From Rhina ancylostomus (lineage: Eukaryota): a stretch of 64,000 nt of DNA. Below are positions 1 to 10,964 of this stretch, piece by piece. A program made the translations under genes and the position numbers. The number at the start of each line of letters is the position of its first letter. Position 1 is the stretch's first letter. The stretch spans positions 23,051,005-23,115,004 of the forward strand of contig JARFYF010000074.1 in assembly GCA_030265395.1 (NCBI GenBank), written 5' to 3'. The notes beneath the pieces were generated by a model that made no database searches, had not been told where the DNA came from, and saw only the letters and a list, made by a program, of their open reading frames with translations.

Positions 1-78
1 ATGGTTCAATAAACACACATGCAGCAGGCTTCAGAGGACCTCAGTCTGTAGAGGATACATCAAGGAAGATCAACCAAA

Positions 79-400
79 GTGCAGTTAACAGAATTGCTGC
101 CTTGTGGCTCCAGTGACCAAGGTTCAATCCTGAATTGCCATCTACATGGAGTTTACATGTTCTCCCTGTGACCATATGGGTTTCTTTCAGATGCTCAGAT
201 TTCCTCTTACATCCTGAAGATGTGCAGGTTGGTAGGTCAGTTGGCCACTGTCAATTGCCCCAAATGTGTAGGTGACTGGTAGAATCTAAGGAGAATTGGT
301 GGGAACATGGGGAAAATTATATGGGATTATTATAAATGGAGGCTTGATGGCCGGCACAGACTCTGTGAGCTGAAGGGACTGTTTCTGTGCTGCATAACTC
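79..400 (+). mobile_element. tRNA-derived V-SINE (HE1-like) with CR1-type 3' tail, diverged
   Basis: B-box-like GGTTCAATCC at 121-130. Degenerate V-domain 'tgggtttctttcagatgctcagatttcctc'. Tail 'gctgaagggactgtttctgtgctg' resembles the CR1 tail at 900-935. Confidence 0.85.
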
Positions 401-539
401 TAAATTAGAGGTAACAAAGGCCAGAAGAAACTAGAAAATGATGTGAGTTTGCACCTAAAGTTGGGTGATATTACAAAAGTGAAAATAGATTAATTATAGC
501 CTTTGAGAATTATTTGGCATTGAAAGTGAGAAAAGGAAA

Positions 540-670
540 ACATTATCTTTCACAAATTCAGAATGTCCTAAAATTCCAACCAAGTAGTTTCGAAGTGTAG
601 TTGCCCTTATAGGGAAACAGAAGAGCCATATACACACCTCAGATTTAGACAAGCAGGAATAATGTAATTC
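540..670 (-). mobile_element. Deu-domain SINE remnant, apparently interrupted by the CR1 at 674
   Basis: 'gtagtttcgaagtgtagttgccc..agggaaac' resembles the reverse-strand DeuSINE 3' part. A similar motif resumes after the CR1 tail ('gtcaagaataaatgttag', ~964-990). Confidence 0.45.
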
Positions 671-673
671 CTG

Positions 674-962
674 TTGAGTTACAGGGAAAGATTGAACAGG
701 TTAGGACTTTATTCCTTGGAGCGTAGAAGAATGAGGGGAGATTTGACAGANNNNNNNNNNNNNNNNNNNNNNNNNNNNNNNNNNNNNNNNNNNNNNNNNN
801 NNNNNNNNNNNNNNNNNNNNNNNNNNNNNNNNNNNNNNNNNNNNNNNNNNGACTGGGTGCAAGTAAGTGGGGCTAGCGGAATAACGTTTCGGCGCAGACT
901 AGAAGGGTCGAATGGCCTGTTTTCTGTGCTGTAGTGTTCTATGGTTCTTCTTTGGTTCTATG
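674..962 (+). mobile_element. CR1 (HER1-like) LINE 3' end spanning an N gap
   Basis: Translates SYRERLNRLGLYSLERRRMRGDL, the CR1 ORF2 C-terminus. 3' tail 'gggtcgaatggcctgttttctgtgctgtagtgttctatggttct' ends in short repeats. Confidence 0.95.
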
Positions 963-1239
963 GGTCAAGAATAAATGTTAGCTCAGCTTCAGGCTTCCAG
1001 TTTGTAAATTATTACCCTCACATACAATATGCACAATTGATGTTACATGCATGAGTTTTAACCATTTGTGTGTAACTCACAGAGAGTATGAGCCTCAGAT
1101 GCTGAGCAGGCTTTTACTGGAGATCTGTGATTGATTCAGCATAAATTATAGAATCTTCCCCTGCTTGGACTATCACTTGCAAATTTTCCTTAGGTAGTAA
1201 TCTTCTTTCTGTCTTACCTTCACATTGATTGTGACCTTC

Positions 1240-1745
1240 ATCCCTCCCTGTCGCTTCCCAAATTCCGTCATGCACTCCGCACAGCACCTAAATCCCCCAC
1301 CCATCCCCCACCACAACCAAGATCCCTTCATCAAAGTAATGTTCCCTCAGGGATGCACTGTATTCTATCTGTCTTCCTGCGCTCCTTCACAACCTTCTCC
1401 CTAAACTTCTCCTCAGCCATTCAGTCTCCTCTCCAGGGTCCCTGAACATCACCCCAGCCCAATCTGATCCTCTCCCTGACAATTACCCTCTCTCCAAATT
1501 AATATCCTTGCCACCATGTTCCCCCTTAATTACAACCCCTTTGATCCTTCCTCCAATTCCTGAATCATCCGCTGTGATTCTCTCCCCACCTACCAACCTC
1601 AGTACTTGAAGATATTCCTCCCCAAACGGCAACCTAAAACTTCCAGTCCCTTCCTCACCCTCCTCATCCCGCACTCTACTTTATCAGTAGCCATTTCTCC
1701 CACCATCCAATACAGTCTCCATGATTTTCATTCTCTGCAACACAG
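1240..1745 (+). mobile_element. Highly decayed Penelope-like element ORF remnant
   Basis: C-rich strand bias. Weak peptide echoes (IFLPK; IQYSLHDFHSLQH versus recalled PLE 'IQHIILRHFRHLQ'). Confidence 0.4.
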
Positions 1746-2186
1746 CAGTGAGAGATCAAGGAGGAAAGATTTGTGGTCACACACGTTAGGTCAGGACTGT
1801 CATGTGCAATGCACAGTTCTTTAACATGAAAATATGTGTTGATAAATTTGTATCACCATTGACCAACTCTAAAAATAAGCATCAGCTATTTACAGTGCAG
1901 TATATCATGGACTAACTCCATTTTTGGGTTCATATTGATGCCTTCACAACATTAGATGATAATTCTCTAAAGATTTCCCAATTACCATTAATTTTGACAC
2001 ACATGTTAGAGTAACTGCTGAGTAAACTAAAGATTTAGTCCACATACAGGTCTTAATATGACAGGACAGTTTATTTGACTTCATTTAATTACTGGAAGAC
2101 CTTTTATTATAAATTTCATTTCCAATTTCTTTCCCTTACAGCTTGTGTTTTATCACCAAGTGATATCTGTGATTCTCACCAAAAGA

Positions 2187-2190
<4 letters not shown>

Positions 2191-2219
<29 letters not shown>
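2191..2219. repeat. (GT)n microsatellite
   Basis: About 14 perfect GT units read directly. Confidence 0.99.
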
Positions 2220-2222
<3 letters not shown>

Positions 2223-2309
2223 AGCTGCTCTTAAGGGCATAAGAATCAGGAGTGGATACTGTTCGAGGACTAGTGGAGCATCCAGTAAGGTCCTGGTCCA
2301 CCCTTCGCC

Positions 2310-2830
2310 TTGCCACTTTCCTGCCCCTTTCCCAAATAATTTGGTTGCCATAGATTCCAAAAGTCTAATCTTTGAATATACTCCAAGACCGAGCATCCAA
2401 GAATTCCAAAGATTACTCTAAGCCCTAAGTAATGAAATTTCTCATCTCAGTTCCAAATGACGTATCCTTTAACCTAAGCCTGTGGCCAAGTTCTAGATCC
2501 ACAAGGGTAACCAGCCTCTCTTTACCATTTACCTTATCAAACCTGCTCAGAAACTAAGTTCCAGGCAGTATCAGTAGAACCTATTCAACATTTCTTGATA
2601 GGAAAGGATAGTCCCTTGCTCCAAGGGATAAATCTAACAAATCATTTCTAATGCAAGTATATTCTTCCTTAGTTAAAGAGGTTAAAAATTGCACATATTA
2701 ATCTAAATGTGGTTTCAATGTCCTGTACCTTTGCAGTAAGACTTCCTTATGTTTGTACTTAATTTCTATTTCAATATAGTGCATTCCACCATTTCTTCAT
2801 TGTTTGCTGTTCCCGCAAGTGAACTATTTG
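2310..2830 (-). mobile_element. Old CR1 LINE 3' fragment
   Basis: Reverse-strand CR1 hallmarks 'gaattccaaagatt..aaatttctcatctcagtt' and 'aattgcacatattaatctaaatgtggt' (PHLEYCVQF region). Confidence 0.65.
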
Positions 2831-3834
2831 TGTGCTGAGCAAGCATATTCAAATCCCTTTGAATCTCAACATTTACTAATTTCTCACTACATAAAATGTA
2901 TTGGTGGAGATGTTTGCCTTTGGTTGTTGGCTCTAAATGAGTGTGGGATTCTTAGTTGCCAGTCATTAACATTAATGAAATGGAACGATGAGAGGTGAAT
3001 ACTGTTTCCAATCAGTGCCAGCAACTAAATATAAATTTCTCATCGGTTCTGTCTCTCTTATTTCTACNNNNNNNNNNNNNNNNNNNNNNNNNNNNNNNNN
3101 NNNNNNNNNNNNNNNNNNNNNNNNNNNNNNNNNNNNNNNNNNNNNNNNNNNNNNNNNNNNNNNNNNNTCATCTGTTCTGTCTCTATTATTTCTACAAAAA
3201 TGAGAACTCTTTAGATAGAATGAAACATCTTAATGTTAATTTATTTTCATAAACATTGCTTATTTTGAAATTCCTTAACATTCACAAGAGATTCAATCAA
3301 TATATTTGATTATTTTATTTCAATTTCTATATATAGCATGTTATGTATTAACAATCTGAGATTCTGGGAGGAAGATTAGGAGGCAAGTAAAGGTAAGCTA
3401 TTCTTTTTCAATTATTTTGATTTAATGATTTCTAATCACTTTCATGTGTTTTAAATAATATTTTTAATGTTTTGTAAAAATAGTATTTTTGATTTAGAAT
3501 TATTTACTGAATTTAATAATTAGTGTTTCTTAAAAATTGTGGAGCTGAGGAGAGTTTTGACAGCTAGCATAGCCCTGTCTCTGCCTGTCAAGGGCAATTC
3601 AGGGCAATTCAGGGCAGAGGCCTCCACACTACACCCCCTGAGGTCTGGTTGCCATTCAGACCTCATCCTCCAGCTTGAGAATACAGAGGGGTTGGTGATT
3701 CCTGCCAGTAGACCTTGTCTGGCATAGTATGCAGGTAGTCATTTTTATTGATGTTGATGTTGATTAAGTGAAGGCTCTTTGCGAGGAAACTGGATAACTT
3801 CCCAAATCTTTATAATAGTGCTGCTGGATCCTTA

Positions 3835-5400
3835 TAGAATAATAGATTCATAGAGTTATACCACAAGGAAAGAGACCCTTTGGCCCAACTCGTCTATGCC
3901 AACCAAGCTGCTTAGCTAAACTAGTCCCATTTGCTTGTATTTGGTCCATATCTCTCTAAACCATTCCCATCCATGTAACTGTCCAAATCTATTTCATATG
4001 TCATAATTGTACCTGCCTCTACTATTTCCTCTGTCAGCTTGTTCCAAATACGCACCACTATCTGTGTGAAAATTTTGCCTGTCAATTCCCCTTTAAATCT
4101 TTCCCCTCTCATCTTAAGTCTATGTTCTCTAGTTATAGACACCCCTACCCTGGGGAAAAGACTGTGACCATTCACCTTATCTATGTTCCTCATGATTTTA
4201 TATATCTCTATAAGGTCACCCCTCAGTCTCCTACAAGCCAGGGAAAAATTTTGCAGTCTCTCCTTATAACTCAAGCCCTCCAGCCCTGGTAATCCCCTTG
4301 CGAATCTTCTCTACACCATTTCCAGCTTAATGATATACTTGCTCTCGCTCAGTGACCAGAACTGCACAAAATACTCCAAGTGCTGTCTCATCAATGTCTT
4401 GTATAGTACAGGTGAGATGTCCCAACTCAATATCCTGACCAATGAAGGCAAGCATGCCAAATGCCTTCTTCACTAGCCTGTCTACCTGTATCACTACTTT
4501 CAAGGAACTATGTAATTGTAACCCTAGATCTCTCAGTTCTACAGCACTCTTTTCAGCCCTGTCATTTACTGTGTAAACCCTGCGCTGGTTAAACTTAACA
4601 AAATGCTACACTTCACTCTTATCCGAGTTAAGTTCATCTGTCATTCCCAAAATAATTTTCTTCACCACCCATTATACCACCAACTTTGGTGTCATCTGTG
4701 AACTCACTAACCTGATAAACTACGTTCTCAAGCAAATCGTTAATATAGGTGATGAACAACAGTGGACACAGCACCAGTCTCTGCAGCACACCACTGATCA
4801 CAGGCTCCAATCTGAAAATCAACCCTCCACTACCATCCTCTAACTCCTACCACCAAGCCAATTTTGTATCCAATTGCCTAGCTCACCCTGAATCCCATGT
4901 GATCTAACATTCTGGACCAGCCTCCCATCCAGGATCTTGTCAAAGGCCTTGCTAAAGTCCATGTAGTCAATGTCTACTGCCCTGCCCTCATCAGCTTCTT
5001 TGTCACTTCTTCAAAAGACTCAGTCAAATTCATGAGACCTGATTTCCCATGCACAAAACTATGCTGACTATCCTTAAACAGCCTTTGCCTTCCCAAGTGC
5101 TGGTAAATCCTGTCTCTCAGAATCCCTCCAGTAACTTTCCCACCACTGATGTTGGGCTCACTGGCCTGTGGTCCCCTGGATTTTCCTTGCAGCCCTTCTT
5201 AAATGAAGGCATTACGTTAGCATNNNNNNNNNNNNNNNNNNNNNNNNNNNNNNNNNNNNNNNNNNNNNNNNNNNNNNNNNNNNNNNNNNNNNNNNNNNNN
5301 NNNNNNNNNNNCGGATACACTTGGTCAGACCATGGGGATTTATCCATCCTTATGCACTTTATGGCCACCAGCGCCTCCTCTTTTATAAAGTGGATATGTT
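3835..5400 (-). mobile_element. CR1 LINE, ~1.5 kb 3' portion of ORF2 (RT and C-terminus), frameshifted
   Basis: ORFs 5117-5419 (ANVMPSFKKGCKENPGDHRPVS..VVGKLLE), 4634-4822 (SGVLQRLVLCPLLFITYINDL..FTDDTKVGG, a degenerate RT core) and 3921-4274 (CR1 C-terminus). Tail at ~3835-3900. Confidence 0.97.
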
Positions 5401-6539
5401 CACTTGCAAACTCAGACAATGCCCTAATTTAATGTCACACCCAAACGATGGAATCTGTTATTGTGAAACACTTTTATGTTATACGAGGGTTTCAGCTAAA
5501 ATGTTTGTGCTCTATTTTCTGCAGGTGGGGGTTCAAATCATTATCTTTCTGACTGTGACAAGAGTTCAACCCACTGAGCTACAGATGACATCCATTGAAA
5601 GTTTAAGAATTAATTACTCATCACAATTCCATATATCTCATTGGCAGGGGAAAGGTGATTGCAGATAATAACATCTGTAAACTTAATCAAATAATATTCA
5701 TTCGACCCATGCTCAGAAGCTCTGTGACACTTTTATAAAATGATTATCACTTAATGGGATAAGTGGGGAATACAAGCTACCTTGAATCCAGCACAATGTG
5801 TACTATAAAGATGTCAATCATGTCTTAAGTTTTGATATATCTAAACCTGATTTGAAGTTTAATAATAAATTGATTCACAGCATCTAAGAAGCAGAAATCA
5901 TGAAGGAGATTTATTGTCAGCATGCATTTACATAGTGTACCGACACAACTAATTCTTATTATTTTATGTTTATGAGTTGAACTTATATCGCAGATATATT
6001 AGCAGGTCTGAATTAATAAGAACAGACCTTATTGTTCAAATAATTTAAGTCTTTTATCATGAAAAATATATGCTAAACGTAGATAATACAGTTTTATTGT
6101 CCAGAGGCTGTAGCCAAGGGCAGGTTTTCCAAATGCTGATCCCATTCAGTGCCTTCAGCTGGTTGATATATTCATGTAGGATCAAGATCAAATAGCATGG
6201 TCTGATATTACACATGAAGCACTGCTCCCAGATAAAGTACCCAAGAGTTGCTGTTGTTGATTAAAACATACTCCAATAACATTCAAAAAAGAAAAGAAGA
6301 TAACTCAAAGTACCAAGTAAAATCCTTTTCTATTAAATATACAAACAGTTGCCAAATGTCTGGAACAATTAGCAAGTAGGTCTTCTTAGGACTTCCTGAA
6401 ACCGTTCCACCATCTACAAGGCTGGCCTTAAAGTATGATCCAAAGTGACATACCAGTGTCTTTTGATGATTGGGTTGCAACAACAAGAACCATCTTCCTT
6501 TCCTTGCATTCCCCAAACTGAAATCAAATTTTGATAATG

Positions 6540-7190
6540 TAGCACTTGGATAAATGCCACCTTTTGAAGGGCTGACACTTTCACCTTACCTTTGGAACTC
6601 AGGCATTAATGAGATGTGGAGACATGGTCCTGGCAGAGCCTGATATCAGCAGTATTGAGCATTACTGGTAAGTAACTGGCAGTTAATAGCACTGCCAATG
6701 TCCTATTCATCAACTTGTTGATGTTTGGGAGTAAGTTATAGAGAAGCACTTGGCTAGATTGGATTAGACCTCCTTTTTTCTGGACAGGATATATCTCTGC
6801 ATTTTCCACTTTGTTAGGTGAATGCCAAAGTGTAGCTGTAGTACAAGTTGGTTTGAGTCATGGCTAGCTCAGTAGCACAAATTTCCAGGACTTACAGTAA
6901 GGATATTGTCAGAGCCTATAGTCTCTTCTGTGTGATATCCAGAGACTGGTTTCTTATTGTCATGTGAGGTGAATTAAACTGATATATGATTTGTTTCTTT
7001 GGCTGTCAGAACCTTGGAAGATGGATTATTCACTGAAGCAAGTTGCAAATACTCTACCCTTGCCTTTGGCATCACTGCTGGGTTCTGCTGTCACTGAAGC
7101 AAGTTGTGTGGACACAAATTGAATTGGTTGATGACTGACTCTGTGATGATCGGTCCTCAGGAGAAAGCCGAGATGAACAATCTACTTGGT
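6540..7190 (-). mobile_element. Second non-LTR family (CR1/L2 superclade), RT fragment
   Basis: ORF 6606-6809 (NAEIYPVQKK..LLPNINKLM..IRLCQDHVST) is a decayed WKxAxVxPVxKK..YRPISLL..QFGFR region. Homologous to 12530-12800. Confidence 0.7.
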
Positions 7191-7845
7191 ATGTATATGT
7201 GTTTTTTTTTCCTTTTAAAGTTATTTATTCAAGGCCAGCATTTATAATGCAGCCCAAGTTCCCTTTCAAAGGGTTTCTATTTCCATTACTGTGCACATCA
7301 CACATGGCATTTCACCTGTCATTGTTCTGACCATTCACAGATTTAATTTATTTTCCACAAGATTTGCCTCTATTTACTTAAAATATTTTATACTTGCTGT
7401 CAATTTTTTTAAAAAATGCATTAACATACAAGTTACTCCTTTTGAAATATATCCTTTGTTTGGTAGAACAAATATGCAGATAATCAATAATCTTTACTGC
7501 AGCGCAACAATAAATTCCCTTTAGTATTCATCAGATAAATTTTATTTTTTCTGAAGCATATTTACAGGATTCTTGGCACTGCCTCAATTGATCATAAATC
7601 ACCTGGACTTTATTGGTCAAATTTAAGAATCATCTTCTGTTGCTTCATCAATAACCTTTTTTTCATCATAAGGTCAGAAGGAAGAATAATCACTAATGCA
7701 TACACAATGTCAACAGCATTCACAAGACTAGACTCTAAAGTTATCTGTACCTGCACACAGAAATGAAAATAAAAAAGAACTGCAGATGCTGAAAATCTGG
7801 AACAAAAAGAGAAAATGCTGCATCAGCATCAGTGAAAAGAGAAAC

Positions 7846-7874
7846 AGAGTTAATGTTTCAGGTCCAAGACCCTT

Positions 7875-7880
<6 letters not shown>
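7846..7880 (-). ncRNA. Degenerate minimal type-I hammerhead ribozyme motif in a PLE terminal repeat
   Basis: Minus strand reads TCGATGA-A-GGGTC-TTG-GACCT-GAAA-CA-TT-AACTC. Stem II and GAAA are intact; the CUGAUGA core is altered at its first bases, where the GA microsatellite begins. Confidence 0.6.

Positions 7881-7930
<50 letters not shown>
7879..7930. repeat. (GA)n microsatellite
   Basis: Read directly, with one interruption. Confidence 0.99.
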
Positions 7931-8419
7931 TAGAAGTGAACCATGAACAGGTAGAAGGTAGAAGTGGGCTATGCAGGGCAGGGGCACCACAAGTCTAGAA
8001 GCTGTGGAGGGAAGATCTTCCAAGGAAAGAGATCAGTGACTGACTGGGTAATAATGACATAATGTTAGGTGGCAGGCTTCATGATCCAGAGGGAGATAGG
8101 AATATGTGCCTGAGAGCTTACATTTGGCTTCTGTGAGATAGGGGCCAAATATAAATTTTAACTTGTTTTTCTCTCTTTCCCAGTCCTGTCAAGGATCTTT
8201 GACCTGAAATGTTAACTTTGTTTCTCTTTACGCAGATGCTGCCTGACCTGCTGAACTTTTCCAGCATTTTACGTTTTTGCAGAAAGACTAGGTCAATATT
8301 CCGGTTTAACTTGGGAACTGACAATTTCTGTTTATGCCAGATAATGACCACTTCCAACAACTATTCAGTGAACCACCTCTATGTCTCAATATACAATCGT
8401 ATTACCACCACTGAATATA

Positions 8420-9486
8420 CCATATCAATGTCCTGGAGTTCACTTCTGGAAATAAATGTACTGATTCTAGAAGCAGGTCAGAAGCTGAGTATCCTGCTGT
8501 TATCGTCTCAGCAAATGACGACCCAGGTGTTTTTAGCCACCTGCATGACAGAAGTTAGGAGTGTGATGAAATACACTGAATTTGCTTGAATGAATGAAAC
8601 ACTAAAGAAGTTGAGACCATTAAGAACAAAGCATCCTACCAGATCAGCAAGCTATCCACCAGCTTAACACAGGCACAACTCTTCCTACCATCAAGGACAT
8701 CTTCAAGTGGCGGTGCCTCAAGAAAGTGTCAACCTTCATTAAGGACCCTCACCACCCGGGACATGCCCTCTTCTCATTACTACCATTGGGGGGAGATGCA
8801 GGAACCTGAAGACCCACACTAAATGTTTCAGGAACTCCACCATTTCAGCTTCTTTCCCTCCGCCATCAGATTTCTGAAAGGTCCATGAACCCACAAACAC
8901 CACCTCATTATGCCTCTTTTGCACTGTTTAATTTATTGATAATTATTATGTCTTGCACTGTACTGCTGCCACAAAACAACAAATTTCATGACATACGTCA
9001 GTGATAATAAAGCTGATTCTGATTCTGTCACCACCACTACACTGAGGCTGCAGGAAGCATCATTCCATCATCTTTAATGGTGAAAACTCCAGCATTGCCT
9101 ATCCAATGACATTGGGGAAATATCATCAGCAGAAGGGCTGCACAGGGTCAAGAAGCATTGCAGCAATTCCTGAGACTTTGTTAAAGGTACCTCAAGAGTC
9201 TAAAATCTCTACCAGCAAGAAAAATAAGGACAACAGGCACTTGGGAACACTAGCATTTCCAAGTTCTCCTCCATAAATCATCCAGAATTAGAAACACATA
9301 TCTGTTTTTTTCATTGTAATTATGGCAAAATCCTTGAACTCCATGCCTAATAGATCTGTGTAATTGTCTTTACTACACCAGAAATGAAGAAGATAAATCA
9401 CCACTATTTTAAAGGCAGTTAGTGATAGACAACATAGGTTGGCCTTGCCAGTGATGTTGATTTCTGGTCTATGAATAAAAGAAAAA
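8420..9486 (+). mobile_element. Second-family non-LTR LINE 3' end, split by a Rex1 insertion
   Basis: AGQKLSILL..EVRSVMKY in ORF 8209-8589. Homology resumes at ~9028 ('tcaccaccactacactgaggctgcag') and ends 'ggcagttagtgatagacaac..ggccttgccagtgatg..tgaataaaagaaaaa'. Confidence 0.75.
8671..9027 (+). mobile_element. Rex1/Babar-type LINE 3' end
   Basis: Translates GTTLPTIKDIFKWRCLKKVSTFIKDPHHPGHALFSLLP, the Rex1 ORF C-terminal motif, then frameshifts. 3' UTR ends AATAAA + (GATTCT)n. Confidence 0.9.
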
Positions 9487-10964
9487 TATTCTTTCCATCC
9501 AGGAAAGGAATAAAATGCTATATTACATTTTTGAATCACTAGTACCTTGCCAGATGTTCTGCTGAAATTGTGTAATGTCTTGTTCAAGATCATATCTTGA
9601 ATCCTTTTTATTTTTGTTATTGAGAAATCCAGTGAAGAGTCTTAGGAATCATTTTGCCATGAAAACATTGGAAAAAGATCAGAGCATTTAGCTGTGAAAG
9701 AAAGAAACTACAGATACTTTAATAAACCAAGAGCAGTGCAAGTAAGAGTACCTTAAGAATTCAAAGAGACAATGTAGGAGTTGTGTATCTCCAATCTCAA
9801 AATTATTTCAAAAGGAATCTCTTTGATAAAGAAATGGAAAGCATGCATAAGAATGGAACTGTTGGATGATTTTGTAATTCTAAGCAGAGACAGGATGAAA
9901 TTTAAAATGAGGCTCACTGCCTTGGATAATAGAGTTTGATGGTGCCAAGGAGGAAAAGAGATCTAATAAACTGAATATGAAATGTTCTTTTGATGTTGAC
10001 AACACATTATCAAGCTTCTAATTAGCAGTTGGATTCATTCTCAGTAAAATTCCCTTTGCCATCTCGTTTGAATTCTGACAAATATGTCCTTTAGTAGATA
10101 ATAAATCTCATTATATATCACATACTGATGCTGTCATGTTTCTGCTTGATTTTCCACGTCGTCTAGTTTCAGACCTTCAAACAATTACATATGAGGTACA
10201 GTTCATGGTCTTTTTAATTGATTAACAATTTCCTCCTTTAAGTGTTAAAGAATTCAAATACAGAATGTCATGAAACTGCAGTTCTTTGGCTGTCAGTTCA
10301 TCTGATCTCAGCTGCTAAAACAATTAAAGACTATTTCAAGTGTAGTATCTGAATTTCTGAATATCTGTAGTTTATTCATCAACATTATTTCCCCATTTAT
10401 CTCCTTAGTTTACTGATGTAATTTGCATTAAATGAAAATACTGGATGGATCTATGATAACTCGAAGGTTTTTATAGAGCCCTTGCATTTGCAAACATTTG
10501 TTTAAAATCCAGTTTAGTTTAATGGATGAGCCATTAAACCATCCTCACCCATTAAACCACTTCACTTTAAAAGGATTGAATCACAACGCTGCTCCTGTTC
10601 ATTAGGAAATAAGTCTCATATTCTCAATGTCTTTAGGAACAACTACTTAAGAGAGGAGAGGAATGTGCCATTGAGCTCTGCGTTCTGCACTATGAAACCA
10701 TTTTTGTTGGTTTTCCAGTTTTGTTGCCTGCAATGTAATACCAGAAAGGGTTAAAGTCAGTGTGAGAAAAGACAACAGTCACTTTATATGGCCAATAAAA
10801 TGAATTTTACTAATAGCATGCAATAGATTGCTTACAGTATTGAGNNNNNNNNNNTCCAGCTGTATAAATTGAAACCCAGGGTAGAAAGTATCAAAGGTTT
10901 TAGAATAATTCAATTTAATGATCAGAAATTATGGACAGCAGACACTTGCTTTGTTACTGAGTGA

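Larger units (their letters stand above)
7770..8281. mobile_element. Penelope-like element remnant with inverted terminal repeats (minus copy 7770-7880, plus copy 8180-8281)
   Basis: Left 'aaagagaaacagagttaatgtttcaggtc' is approximately the reverse complement of right 'gacctgaaatgttaactttgtttctcttt'. Both belong to the 'cagatgctgcctgacctgctga' terminal family. Confidence 0.8.
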
